A stretch of 43,509 bases of DNA from a virus (lineage: Duplodnaviria; Heunggongvirae; Uroviricota; Caudoviricetes), in IMG/VR virus record IMGVR_UViG_2703718810_000003; one strand, written 5' to 3'. The notes under the pieces are model-generated. The model did no database searches. It saw only the letters and a list, made by a program, of their open reading frames with translations, and had not been told where the DNA came from. How positions within the stretch are numbered: position 1 is the first letter of the stretch; each line of letters begins with the position of its first letter. A program made the position numbers and the translations under genes. Shown here piece after piece: positions 1 through 9,295 of this stretch.

Positions 1-906
1 ATACAGCGCCCACTTGTCCACATCCACCGCCCCCAGGCGTTTTCCCATGCCGTAGCGCGGGTGGGTCAGCATGTCCCACAGGCACCAGGCCGGGTTATTG
101 CTGTATGCCGGTTTCAGACTCCCGTCCCAGATACCGCTGTAGGTGCGTTTTTCCGGGTCATAGTTTGACGGCACCTGAATGATGCGGCCGCGGATATGGT
201 AGTTCACCACCATCTGCTGACCACCGAACTGCTCCGCATCCACCTGCAGCCCCACAATGGCCGTGTTCGGGTAGCACTGTTTCACATCGATGATTTCGGT
301 GTATGACGACCACAGCGTTCTGTTCTGCAGCTGGTCCGTGGTGCTGTCCGCCGTCACCCTGACCATCCGGATGTTAAAGGGGCGCTCAGGGAGATTATTC
401 AGAATCACCGACGTCAGGTACTGCGAGGTGGTCTTGCCGTTAATGGTGACATCCTTCTCCGTCACCCAGTTACCGTTACGCTCAAGCTGAATCAGCAGGC
501 GGACAGAAGAGGGATTACGGTCACCCTTTGAGGTGGTCTCCACCAGTGACTGCACCCCGAAGGTGACCCGCAGACGGTCAATGTTCGCTGACGTGATGGT
601 GCGCGTCACCGGCTTTGCCTTCGTCACCTCCACGCCCAGTGCGGTTTCTGCCCCGGTGGACTCAAAGCCTTCCGGCGGTGTCTGCTCCTGCTCCCCGGCA
701 CGCCAGACGGCGGTCACACCGTGTATCACGGGATTACCGTCCGTGTCCGTCAGCGGGGTTTTGTTCACCAGAATACTCTGCAGTCCCTTCACCGGGCCTT
801 CCACCGGTCCCTCACCGATGGCATCAATCACGCTCATCATCTGCGTGGATTTGAGATTGTCCTTCGCCTCACGCGGTGTGTGCCCCTTGCCGCCCCCTTT
901 ACCCAC
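1..906 (-). CDS. J: Tail tip / host specificity protein J, N-terminal 302 codons; 3' end beyond window edge; GTG start
   Basis: Reverse-strand translation VGKGGGKGHTPREAKDNLKSTQMMSVIDAIGEGPVEGPV...WCLWDMLTHPRYGMGKRLGAVDVDKWALY matches my recollection of the lambda J N-terminus nearly residue for residue; GGAGAGGGGG RBS precedes the GTG at 906..904. Not in ORF track because no stop in window. Confidence 0.85.
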   Translation of the reverse strand, partial: MGKGGGKGHTPREAKDNLKSTQMMSVIDAIGEGPVEGPVKGLQSILVNKTPLTDTDGNPVIHGVTAVWRAGEQEQTPPEGFESTGAETALGVEVTKAKPVTRTITSANIDRLRVTFGVQSLVETTSKGDRNPSSVRLLIQLERNGNWVTEKDVTINGKTTSQYLTSVILNNLPERPFNIRMVRVTADSTTDQLQNRTLWSSYTEIIDVKQCYPNTAIVGLQVDAEQFGGQQMVVNYHIRGRIIQVPSNYDPEKRTYSGIWDGSLKPAYSNNPAWCLWDMLTHPRYGMGKRLGAVDVDKWALY

Positions 907-946
907 TCTGTCCCCCTCTCCTGTCTGATGTCTGAATCTGTTTATG

Positions 947-979
947 CCCAAAAACAACAGGCACCCCAGAGGGTGCCTG
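947..979 (-). terminator. Intrinsic terminator-like hairpin immediately upstream of the J ribosome binding site
   Basis: Minus strand reads CAGGCACCC-TCTG-GGGTGCCTG followed by TTGTTTTTGGG; 9-bp GC-rich stem. Confidence 0.45.
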
Positions 980-990
980 TGTCATGACGG

Positions 991-1147
991 AATAAAAATT
1001 CTGAGTTTATTCACATTTCCGGCAATTGCCTGTAGCCGCAATAATGGCGCTGCGTTACTTTTTTGATGCCTGAAAAATAACTCCATAACGTTAATCTTCA
1101 TCGTTCTCTCCCGCAGCTCCGCTGATTCTGCGGGATTTTTTTATCCC
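991..1147 (+). repeat. Repeat unit 1 of a tandem ~155-bp element in the I-J intergenic region
   Basis: Unit 1 and unit 2 align over most of their length (ttattcacatttc..., gtagcc.caataatg.c.ctgcgttac, catcgttctct, ctgcgggattttttt); each ends in a plus-strand hairpin plus T-run. Confidence 0.75.
1110..1142 (+). terminator. Rho-independent terminator ending repeat unit 1
   Basis: CCCGCAG-(11 nt loop)-CTGCGGG then A plus TTTTTTT on the plus strand; minus strand has no U-run after the hairpin. Confidence 0.6.
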
Positions 1148-1218
1148 TTAAACCCGGCACGATGTTATCTGTCTTCTTCCACAGATACCCGGCTGGCTTC
1201 CGCTCCCCCGCTACCGGA

Positions 1219-1377
1219 TAAAAAGTCTGAATTTATTCACATTTCTGCAAATTACCCGTAGCCACAATAATGACACTGCGTTACATTTTTACAGGTAAAT
1301 AAAAATAAAACGCTAACAGGTTAGTCAACATCGTTCTCTTCACGCAGCTACAGAGCACTGCGGGATTTTTTTTATTT
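1219..1377 (+). repeat. Repeat unit 2 of the tandem I-J intergenic element
   Basis: Paralogous to unit 1; small ORFs within the two units are not conserved in frame, arguing against protein coding. Confidence 0.75.
1341..1373 (+). terminator. Rho-independent terminator ending repeat unit 2
   Basis: CGCAG-(10 nt loop)-CTGCG then GGA plus TTTTTTTT on the plus strand; abuts the stop codon of I. Confidence 0.55.
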
Positions 1378-2058
1378 TCATCCCCGCCCGATAACCACCA
1401 CTTTCCCGTCACCGCCCTCATCACGGGTGCTGATGTCCTGGGATATCCGTCGTGAGCCAACCAGCATTTCACCGTAAGGCACCGGCATCGGGTTCCCCTG
1501 GGCAATCATGTTATCCAGCGAGGAAAAGTACGTGTTCTGTCTGCCGTTATCCGTTGCCCTGTATTCCGGTGTTTTGGGCTTCGGGGCCAGCATCTGAGCC
1601 ACACCACCCAGTATCATGCTGGCACCCAGTGAGAACAGCATCGTGGTGGCAGTCAGCCCTCCGGCACTCAGGGCTACGCCCCACAACGCCATCGTTGCAC
1701 CGGCGGTGAAGAAAGAGCCCACGATGGCTGCTGCCCCCAGCACCACCTGAAAAACACCATTTCCCCCGGCCCCTGCCAGCCGCGGTACAATATGAATCAC
1801 GGCCCTCCCGCTCAGCGGTTCATGAAGACGGGCATACACCGCCTCCGGCGCGGTATCCTCACCGGCAATACGTATCTGGTACCAGCCTTCGTTCATCTGA
1901 CAGCGGAATCCCGGCACCTGCAGCGACAGGGCACGGATGGCCTCCGCTGCCGTGTTCACATACAGGCTGATGCGGCGACCAAATCGTTGTAAATCCCCGT
2001 GAAGGCAGATGCGGACCAGTGGCGGTGACGCCAGACAGAATGCGTTCGTCGTTGCCAT
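1378..2058 (-). CDS. I: Tail assembly protein I
   Basis: 226 aa; LYGDLQRFGRR, AGEDT...VIHIVPR, TYFSSLDNM, VVVIG motifs match lambda gpI as I recall it; overlaps K 3' end as in lambda. Confidence 0.8.
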   Translation of the reverse strand: MATTNAFCLASPPLVRICLHGDLQRFGRRISLYVNTAAEAIRALSLQVPGFRCQMNEGWYQIRIAGEDTAPEAVYARLHEPLSGRAVIHIVPRLAGAGGNGVFQVVLGAAAIVGSFFTAGATMALWGVALSAGGLTATTMLFSLGASMILGGVAQMLAPKPKTPEYRATDNGRQNTYFSSLDNMIAQGNPMPVPYGEMLVGSRRISQDISTRDEGGDGKVVVIGRG

Positions 2059-2699
2059 TTCTCTGAATACCTCTCCCGTTTACTCAGTTGTTCAGGTATA
2101 TGGTGAAGCAGCTCACCGTTGCCACAGTAAATGGCGGCATGATTCGGCACCGATGCGCCAAAGCAGCACAGCAGGATATCGCCTGCCTGTGCACAGGACG
2201 GAGACACACGGTAAAAGCCGTTTTCCGCCAGGTTGTCCAGGTACAGGTTCTGACCGTTGCGCCACCAGTCATCCTCGCGGTGAAAATCCGGCATCTCAAT
2301 CCCCGCCAGATGGTATGCATCCCGGAACAGGGTGTAACAGTCCGTCACACCGTGTTCAAAGCGCCGTCCGGTCAGGTGCGGCACACAGCGGAACCGGTGA
2401 ATTTCCCCCCGGCAGACCAGCCACCAGGGCAGGGCACTCTTTATCTGCAGCCGCCGGTCAGCCTCGCTCAGCCAGGGCAGACCAGCGGGATGACTGTGGA
2501 CCAGCGCCACAATCTCCCCCTGCATCTGTGCCTGCAGCCAGTCTTCCGGTGTAATACGAAAATACGCCTCCGGCTCTGCGGAGATATTCACGCAGGGCTG
2601 GTACCGTTCGCCCTCCGGGGTGCTTATCACGAAGCCGCACGACTCCGCTGGCGCACACCGCCGGGCATGCACCAGAATCGCTGATTCAGTCTGTGTCAT
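1956..2699 (-). CDS. K: Tail assembly protein K (NlpC/P60-type peptidase-like)
   Basis: Internal start MTQTESAILVHARRCAPAESCGFV...HSHPAGLPWLSEADRR...CYTLFRDAYHLAGIEMPDF closely resembles lambda gpK; ATG at 2699 confirmed on complement. The track ORF extends upstream to a non-ATG start. Confidence 0.8.
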   Translation of the reverse strand: MTQTESAILVHARRCAPAESCGFVISTPEGERYQPCVNISAEPEAYFRITPEDWLQAQMQGEIVALVHSHPAGLPWLSEADRRLQIKSALPWWLVCRGEIHRFRCVPHLTGRRFEHGVTDCYTLFRDAYHLAGIEMPDFHREDDWWRNGQNLYLDNLAENGFYRVSPSCAQAGDILLCCFGASVPNHAAIYCGNGELLHHIPEQLSKRERYSEKWQRRTHSVWRHRHWSASAFTGIYNDLVAASACM

Positions 2700-2709
2700 A
2701 AAACAGGAT

Positions 2710-3408
2710 TTACTGCGAAAGTTTATTGATGGAAAGGAAACCGCCAAAATTGACCGCCATGCCGCGCATCTCACACCCGCGCATGCATTTACTGCATCTG
2801 TCCTTCCGGATATCCGTGGTGGGGTTGTCGAACTCATCCGCCACTGCCGGACCGTTATACCCGCACTCATCGCCCCGGTAATCCCACATACAGGTGTTCG
2901 CCAGCATGATGCGACCGGGAAACAGCGCCCCGTCCGTCTCCGTCGGTGTCGCCAGCACAAACGAGGCCGTCATGGCTGTCAGCGATGACATCTGCTCCAC
3001 CACCCACCGGTCCGTCAGCTCCTGCTCAGGGTCTGCCTCAGGATTGCCTGCCACAAAATTCACCGCATCCAGAAAACGCGCATACACCCGGCGACGGACC
3101 ACCGTGGCACCCACCAGGCTCTGCAAATCCTCCGCCATCCCGGTGACCAGTCCGAAAAGATTGGACACTGTCAGCGACGGGCGGGCACTGCTGCCCTTTC
3201 CGTTCATCTCAAAGCCGCTGCCCTCAATCGGGTACGCCTGATATTCACGCCCCTGCCAGGTCACCGGCTCCCCTTTTTCATTCAGCTCATTGCAGAAAAA
3301 ATACCGCTCACCGCCCTGCACCGTCAGGTCGATTTCCCAGAGCACCACCCGCGGTGACTGCTCTGACTTAACCGACACATTCAGGCTTGCTTCGTGAATA
3401 TCCTGCAT
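2710..3408 (-). CDS. L: Minor tail protein L
   Basis: MQDIHEASL...VVLWEIDLT...GERYFFCNE...GFLSINKLSQ closely resembles lambda gpL; ATG at 3408 overlaps the M stop (TGATG). Confidence 0.8.
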   Translation of the reverse strand: MQDIHEASLNVSVKSEQSPRVVLWEIDLTVQGGERYFFCNELNEKGEPVTWQGREYQAYPIEGSGFEMNGKGSSARPSLTVSNLFGLVTGMAEDLQSLVGATVVRRRVYARFLDAVNFVAGNPEADPEQELTDRWVVEQMSSLTAMTASFVLATPTETDGALFPGRIMLANTCMWDYRGDECGYNGPAVADEFDNPTTDIRKDRCSKCMRGCEMRGMAVNFGGFLSINKLSQ

Positions 3409-3749
3409 CAGTTCACCACCTGCTCTATCGTGCAACTGAAATCACTGTACCGGGCGTTATCCGTAATACTCCACTCCCGGCACACCACCCTGACCGTCCG
3501 GTTATGTTTCGGGGGCTTCCACAAAAAAGCCCGGTAACCACCATGCCATGACAGAAACGCGGACAGTGCCTCCCGCTCAGCATCCGTTGTCACCCGAAAA
3601 ACCACCTGAAAGGTCTTCAGTTGCGCATTCAGTCCTGCCGGACGACGTTGCTGATAACCGTCGCCAAACTTCACCGTCACCACCGACGGTTTCTCCGTCA
3701 CCTGCATCCCTTCCCGGGGACACCAGTGAAGGGTCTTAATCTCATCCAC
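3408..3749 (-). CDS. M: Minor tail protein M
   Basis: 113 aa with FGDGYQQRRPAGLNA...FLW.PP...EQVVN, matching lambda gpM. Confidence 0.75.
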   Translation of the reverse strand: MDEIKTLHWCPREGMQVTEKPSVVTVKFGDGYQQRRPAGLNAQLKTFQVVFRVTTDAEREALSAFLSWHGGYRAFLWKPPKHNRTVRVVCREWSITDNARYSDFSCTIEQVVN

Positions 3750-6700
3750 TCAGCATTCCTCCGTCACGACGCATGGATAACATCACCGCCTGTACCCGCT
3801 GGTCAATCAGTTGCACAAGGGTGCCCGCCGCTTCCGGCCCTATCTGCCCGTTAGCGCCGTCATTCTGAATGGCAATGTGGTACACCGGGGAATACACCAG
3901 ACCCGCACTGCCGTTCATACAGCCCACCGCACGCACGCCGAGTGAACCATCCGCTGCCCGGGTCAGGGGCATGATGGCTTCAGGTCCGGCTTCCCCCATC
4001 AGCCCTGCCCCTTTTGCAAAGGCAAAGTACGTGGGCGTGTCCACAATACTGTTACTGTATGCACTCAGGTTTGCCGAGGTATAAACGCCGCCTTTTGCAT
4101 TGGCCACCGCGCCACCCAGCCAGTTGCCTATACTGCCGAAAAATCCTCCTGCACCGGACATACTGTTTGCGGCCATCTTAATGCCGTTGACAATGGCCGC
4201 ACTCATAAGAACTTTTGATATTTCCTGCAGGATTGATGCAGCCCAGCTGCGCCATTCCACTTTATTTCCGTTCAGCATCTCCGTGATGTTATTCACCATC
4301 CCTGAGATACCGTCTGTCGCAAGCTGTGCTGCCTGTGAAGCGTAATCAGATGCGCTGTCCACCCAGTTACTTAGCCCTTCCTGCAGCCCTTTCTGCCAGT
4401 CAGCACGCTGCGCATCCGATTCGGCATAAAAAGCCTCCTGGTCTTTAAGGCGTTCACTCAGATACTGCGCATTCTGCGCCAGCGCCTGTCTGAAAAAATC
4501 CTCACTGATATCCCCTGTCTGATACTGAGACTGCAGGTCCGCATCCTTCTGGCGGTAGCCGTCACGAATCTGCTGCAGCTCCCGCATCCGTTCACGGACC
4601 CGCTCACCCTGCCCGTACCCCAGCAGCTCAGCGTCATTTGATGCCCTTTCGTCTGCATTATCATTTTTCAGAGCCTCCTCCCGGGCCCGTAACTGCTCCC
4701 GGATTTTCTTCTGGTCAATCAGGGCAGCATTGCGCAGCAACTCCTGCTTCTGTATCTCCGTCAGGGTTTTCAGCTCTCCCTGCGAGGTCTGGTACTTCAG
4801 CTTCGCCAGTTCTGTATTATTCCCTGCCAGTGCCAGTTGTTCCTTCTGCTGCTTCAGCAGACGGGAAAAACTGTCTTCCGCTTTTTCCGTCTCAGATTTT
4901 CCGCCCCGGGATTTGGGTTTATTCGCCTCATTATTGCGCCAGGCTTCCATCGAATTACGGATGTAACGCTGCCTCGCCTCCTGATACGTATCCCCCACCA
5001 GACCAAGGTCATCCGCCGCATACCCCAGCCGGGCACGCTCTTTTTCTTCCCCTTTCAGCCGGGACAGGGCCAGTTGACGCTCTGTGTTATTCAGGGCGCT
5101 CTGCTGTTTATCATCCAGAGTGGCCTGTGGCAGTCGCAGCGGTACACTCGCCAGTCCCTGACGCTGTTGCAGCAGTTCATTACCCAGCCCCAGCAGGCGG
5201 TTGAATTCCGTATGCTGACCGTTCATGACCAGCTGTGACTGATACGCTTTATTCTGCTCTGCCGCCTGCTGACGAATTAACACAACACGGCGCTCTTCCA
5301 GTCCGGCAAGCACATCCTGAATGGACTGCGCTTTTTCCTGCATCTGTGCCAGACGGGACTGCTCAACAGCAAACTGCTCTGTTGCCTGAGCAAGCTCTTC
5401 CGTTACAGTTTTCACCGATGTCAGATGGTTTATCATGAAGCCGTTACCGGTCGTCCAGCCCGGATTAGCCAGCACATACTGATACCCGGCAATTTTTTCC
5501 TGCAGGGATTTCACCCGGCTGGCCTGCTCATCAATCAGCCGGTTCTGCTCTGTCAGCGCCTCCCGTGTTCGCCCTTCGTTATCTGAGGCTTCAGGCAGAG
5601 ACATTGATGGCGTTTTATGCGCGATTTCATCTATCGTCAGTGCATACTGGCGCGCAGACTCCCTGGCCTGTTCCTGCTTCTGGTACAGCGTGTACCATGC
5701 GGCAGCTCCCAGCATCACCAGTCCGGGTACGCCTCCAACCAGTCCCAGCGCACCTCTCATCAGACGTGAACCCACCGCCGTTGTACTGTTCAGCGCATTC
5801 TGGGCGGCGGTTCTGGCAGCAATATTTCTGTTCAGGCGTTCCTGTGTGACCGCCAGACGGGCCTCTGCGGCAATCTGCATCTCAGTCCCGCGGGCTGCCG
5901 CCACAGCCTGCTGAGCCCGGTACACGGCTGCCCTTGCCCGCGCAGTGGCAATCTGCGTTCCCCTTAACTGGGCCTCAGCCAGTGCCACTTCATTACGTGC
6001 AGCGGTCACAAGTCCTGCCGTGGCAGACATCGCTCCGGAAGCCAGATTACCAAAGTACCGGGCCACCCCGACAGCAACCAGCACACCCGCAGCTGTTGCC
6101 ACGGTATCAATATTTCCGGCCACACCGTTCAGCGCGCCGGAGAGCGTTTTCGTCGCTCCGCTGGCCTCATTCGCGCCGCCCACCCAGGCCATAAAGGCGT
6201 TTTCCACCTTCGTGATACTACCGGAAACCGTTTCCGGCATGGCTGCATATTCATCACGCAATATCCCCAGCTGGCTGATTAACGCGGGAACGACTTTATC
6301 CGCCGTCAGTTGACCATCGTCCGCCATCGCCTTCAGATCCTTACGGGCCACGCCCATGCCTGCAGCCAGTGCGCGAATGATCCGGTCCCCACTTTCATTG
6401 ACCGAATTAAATTCCTCGCCGCGCAACACCCCCTGTGCCAGCGCCTGGCTGAACTGGGTGATCACCGAACCCGCCTCTGCCGCACTGGCACCGGAAATTT
6501 TCAGCCCTGTCGAAATGGCCTCCGTCACCTTCAGCACATCATCAGCACTGTAACCATATTCACGCATCGAGGCAGCCGAACGGGCAAACAGGGCCGCATT
6601 ATCCGAAAATGCGGTGCCTGTCCGCTGGCTGATATCCATCAGCACTTTCTGTGATGACGAAAATTCATCCGATGACTGCGACGCCTGTTTCAGACGGGCA

Positions 6701-6984
6701 TTCACGGAGCTCCATTCATCCGCCAGCGAAATCAGGTGTCCGGTGGCAAAGGCACCGGCAAACGCACCGGTCATTCCGACAGCCGAAGCGCGGATTTCCG
6801 TCAACTGGCTGTTCAGCTCAGCCAGAGCCCGGCGCTGCTCCCTGGCTGCCGCAGCAGCCTGACGTCCGCCATTCTGCAGGGTCCGGTAATATTCACTGCC
6901 CATACGGGACGCCCGCTGGATCTCCGACTGGAATGACTGTGAATTTGCCGAAATTTTGATAATCAGTTCACGTAACGTCGCCAT
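3742..6984 (-). CDS. H: Tail tape measure protein (H-like), 1080 aa
   Basis: Long Ala/Gln-rich coiled-coil protein with Gly-rich C-terminal region (GFFGSIGNWLGG...AIMPL), located between G/T and M as in lambda. Confidence 0.85.
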   Translation of the reverse strand: MATLRELIIKISANSQSFQSEIQRASRMGSEYYRTLQNGGRQAAAAAREQRRALAELNSQLTEIRASAVGMTGAFAGAFATGHLISLADEWSSVNARLKQASQSSDEFSSSQKVLMDISQRTGTAFSDNAALFARSAASMREYGYSADDVLKVTEAISTGLKISGASAAEAGSVITQFSQALAQGVLRGEEFNSVNESGDRIIRALAAGMGVARKDLKAMADDGQLTADKVVPALISQLGILRDEYAAMPETVSGSITKVENAFMAWVGGANEASGATKTLSGALNGVAGNIDTVATAAGVLVAVGVARYFGNLASGAMSATAGLVTAARNEVALAEAQLRGTQIATARARAAVYRAQQAVAAARGTEMQIAAEARLAVTQERLNRNIAARTAAQNALNSTTAVGSRLMRGALGLVGGVPGLVMLGAAAWYTLYQKQEQARESARQYALTIDEIAHKTPSMSLPEASDNEGRTREALTEQNRLIDEQASRVKSLQEKIAGYQYVLANPGWTTGNGFMINHLTSVKTVTEELAQATEQFAVEQSRLAQMQEKAQSIQDVLAGLEERRVVLIRQQAAEQNKAYQSQLVMNGQHTEFNRLLGLGNELLQQRQGLASVPLRLPQATLDDKQQSALNNTERQLALSRLKGEEKERARLGYAADDLGLVGDTYQEARQRYIRNSMEAWRNNEANKPKSRGGKSETEKAEDSFSRLLKQQKEQLALAGNNTELAKLKYQTSQGELKTLTEIQKQELLRNAALIDQKKIREQLRAREEALKNDNADERASNDAELLGYGQGERVRERMRELQQIRDGYRQKDADLQSQYQTGDISEDFFRQALAQNAQYLSERLKDQEAFYAESDAQRADWQKGLQEGLSNWVDSASDYASQAAQLATDGISGMVNNITEMLNGNKVEWRSWAASILQEISKVLMSAAIVNGIKMAANSMSGAGGFFGSIGNWLGGAVANAKGGVYTSANLSAYSNSIVDTPTYFAFAKGAGLMGEAGPEAIMPLTRAADGSLGVRAVGCMNGSAGLVYSPVYHIAIQNDGANGQIGPEAAGTLVQLIDQRVQAVMLSMRRDGGMLSG

Positions 6985-7031
6985 TCACCTTTCTCCTGGC
7001 GTAAAAAAACCGCCTCAGCGGTTCTCATCAT

Positions 7032-7711
7032 TCATGACTGTGCTGCAAGGCTCAGCGCGTCTTCCAGCGCCGCAAACGGATCCACCTCCGGCTTATCCTC
7101 ATCCTCGCCCCAGCAGAGCATGGCGTCCTTCAGTGCAACATTCATCCCCTGTGCCCCGAAAACCGCTTTCACGATCTGTGCATTACGGATATCCCCGCGC
7201 TCATCACCCAGCGGGGATATCCTGTCGAACTCCATCCACATCATCGCCTCGCTCGCACTCAGGCTGTGCCGCAGTTCGGATAAGGTGCGCCCCAGACGGA
7301 GCGCAAGTCGCATCAGAAAGCGAATTTCCGGGCGGGCTACTTTTTTCTGACCGACTCTGCATCAGCGATCAGTTCCAGTGCCTGACGCAGCAAGCGGGCA
7401 TGTACCGGACCATAGACGGCCAGCACCTGCTCACGGTCGTCCGGAGTGAACACCCGTTGCAGATCCGTATCACACAGGACATCGCAGAACAGCGTCACAT
7501 CCGCTTCCAGGTTACGGCGGGTTTTCGCCACCACCGACAGGGTATCGTCATCCTCTCCATCACCATTGAGCACGTCCTGCCACAGATACCAGGCCTCTGC
7601 CGAAGGCTCCCGCAGCACCACGCTGACATTACCCCATTCCGGCACCTTCACCGTTTTATGACGAAACCCTGACAGTCTGGCCAGCGCCAGCGTTTTCAGA
7701 TCCTTTTTCAT
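7032..7711 (-). CDS. Tail assembly chaperone GT fusion made by programmed -1 frameshift (T frame 7032..7340 joined to G frame)
   Basis: T-like ORF (7032..7313) is open in the -1 frame relative to G and overlaps the G stop; slippery A_AAA_AAG heptamer sits directly before the G stop codon. Confidence 0.65.
7337..7711 (-). CDS. G: Tail assembly chaperone G
   Basis: ATG at 7711 (MKKDLKTLALARL...) with AAGGGG upstream, 15 nt after the V stop; positionally and compositionally like lambda gpG. The track ORF start further upstream would overlap V. Confidence 0.65.
   Translation of the reverse strand: MKKDLKTLALARLSGFRHKTVKVPEWGNVSVVLREPSAEAWYLWQDVLNGDGEDDDTLSVVAKTRRNLEADVTLFCDVLCDTDLQRVFTPDDREQVLAVYGPVHARLLRQALELIADAESVRKK
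7340..7346 (-). other. Slippery heptanucleotide A_AAA_AAG for G to GT -1 ribosomal frameshift
   Basis: Minus strand reads gtc AGA AAA AAG TAG in G frame; the -1 frame continues open into T. Confidence 0.65.
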
Positions 7712-7725
7712 GATGACCCATCCCC

Positions 7726-8442
7726 TTATCCGGCGGCTGCGCTCACTGTCACGGTGCATTCAACAGACGTCACACTCTGTGCTTTCTCTGCCGAATCAGT
7801 CACCATGCAGGTATATTTCCCCGCATCGGCGGACTGCGCACCTGGCTTACTGAAGGTGTCTGTCGTCTGCCCGTCAACCGGCTGACCATCCTTCTTCCAG
7901 GCGTATTTATACGGCGGCGTTCCCCCGTTGGCACTGACTGACATTGTCAGCAGCACACCGGTATTCACGGTAAGTGTCTTATCCAGATTTTTCACAAACG
8001 CCAGCGGTACCACAAAGGACACCGGTTTGCCTTTCAGACGCAGTGAGAACGTTGCAGCCACCACGCCGTTGGTACCGGATGACCAGGTGTGCTGACGCAC
8101 TTCCGCCAGGAATTTAAAGCCCTTACCGGACGGAAACTGCACCTTAAACGCATACAACGCGTCATTGTCATAAGCATCACGCAGGGCGTTCTGGGCCTGA
8201 TTCAGATAGAAATTACCCGACATGGAAATCTCGGACGACGCCCCCAGACCATTGATGTTCTCCTGCTCTGTGGAGCAGAGCGTGGTCACATCAATATCCT
8301 GTTTCTGACCGGCGGTGAACTGGACTTCCTTGATGGTGCAGTCCAGGCGCAGATATTCCGCCTTATCCATAGTTTCAGCAGTCGCCGGGGCAGATGAAAT
8401 CATCACCTGCGTCAGCTGTGAGCGTTCATACAAAGCAGACAT
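7726..8442 (-). CDS. V: Major tail protein (V-like) with C-terminal Ig-like domain
   Basis: ATG at 8442 preceded by AGGAGGCAGA; C-terminal segment KYAWKKDGQPV...YTCMVTD...ECTVTV looks like an Ig-like domain, as on lambda gpV. Confidence 0.7.
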   Translation of the reverse strand: MSALYERSQLTQVMISSAPATAETMDKAEYLRLDCTIKEVQFTAGQKQDIDVTTLCSTEQENINGLGASSEISMSGNFYLNQAQNALRDAYDNDALYAFKVQFPSGKGFKFLAEVRQHTWSSGTNGVVAATFSLRLKGKPVSFVVPLAFVKNLDKTLTVNTGVLLTMSVSANGGTPPYKYAWKKDGQPVDGQTTDTFSKPGAQSADAGKYTCMVTDSAEKAQSVTSVECTVTVSAAAG

Positions 8443-8507
8443 TCTGCCTCCTGATAATAAAAAAACCGCACGCGGCGGGGTATGGGTTTTGTAGAAAAAA
8501 GAAAAAG

Positions 8508-8852
8508 TCACACCGTGACCTGAAACTCCAGGGTTGCACGGTAACAGCGGTTTTCCGGAATATAGTCCTGCATTTCACTGACGGATCCCGGGGCCAGCTG
8601 CATTATGGCTTCACGGGCGTCCTGACGTATCTGACGCGCCTGCGTCACAGTCCCGGCATAAACGTCTATCTGCACCGCCACTGAGGACTCCGCCTGCCCG
8701 CCCATCACGTCCGCAGACACCGATGAAATCAGGCTGAAAACCACCCACGGAAGCGCCACCGACGGCCTGCCATCCAGCAGGGGGACCACATACGGGTACA
8801 CCTGCCCGCCGGCAAGATGCGCCAGATGAGGATACAAATCCGCCTCCGTCAT
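8508..8852 (-). CDS. Tail terminator / tail completion protein (gpU-like position)
   Basis: 114-aa ORF directly upstream of the major tail gene; assignment by synteny only. Confidence 0.45.
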   Translation of the reverse strand: MTEADLYPHLAHLAGGQVYPYVVPLLDGRPSVALPWVVFSLISSVSADVMGGQAESSVAVQIDVYAGTVTQARQIRQDAREAIMQLAPGSVSEMQDYIPENRCYRATLEFQVTV

Positions 8853-9295
8853 CGTCTCAGTACCTCATCAATGGCCCGGTTCATCCGCGCAATCGCCACC
8901 TGCGCTGCCTGTTCACTGCGCACATCAAACGCCGGGCGCACAAACGGGTGCGGTGGCATATTCACGGTCCCCATTTCCACAAACCGCCAGTAGAAAGCAT
9001 TGCGCGGGTTATCCGCCTTCATGGTGTTATCGCTGTTACCGGTGTCCGGATTAACACCACGGATATGGACACCGGATTCCATCCCGCCATCGCGGGAGCG
9101 CCGGGGAAGGACCACCACATTGCGGCGCAGTTTTCCCCTGCGTACCGGTGCCCGTGACACCACTTCTTCTTTCAGCACATTCGCACCCGCACGGGTTGCC
9201 TCACGCAGCACCCGGTTATTTTCCGCACCACTCAGAAGCTGCAAATCGCGGCTGATGTCCTCCAGCCCCGAAAAATCCAGCAGGGTTTCGATCAT
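8849..9295 (-). CDS. Head-tail joining protein (HK97 gp10-like position)
   Basis: 148 aa, overlapping starts/stops with neighbours in the head-tail connector block; family assignment from synteny and size. Confidence 0.45.
   Translation of the reverse strand: MIETLLDFSGLEDISRDLQLLSGAENNRVLREATRAGANVLKEEVVSRAPVRRGKLRRNVVVLPRRSRDGGMESGVHIRGVNPDTGNSDNTMKADNPRNAFYWRFVEMGTVNMPPHPFVRPAFDVRSEQAAQVAIARMNRAIDEVLRR

Noticed and set aside
533-928. Plus-strand ORFs (533..928, 615..854, 721..987) inside the J region
   Set aside because: They overlap the minus-strand J coding sequence, whose translation is strongly J-like; these are antisense frame artefacts.
1281-1505. 74-aa minus-strand ORF spanning repeat unit 2 and the 3' end of I
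   Set aside because: Overlaps the I coding region in another frame and its counterpart in repeat unit 1 is frame-disrupted; more likely non-coding.
4638-6959. Many plus-strand ORFs of 60-190 aa across the tape measure gene
   Set aside because: All lie antisense within the 1080-aa tape measure ORF; translations are low-complexity Pro/Ala/Ser-rich, typical of GC-rich antisense frames.
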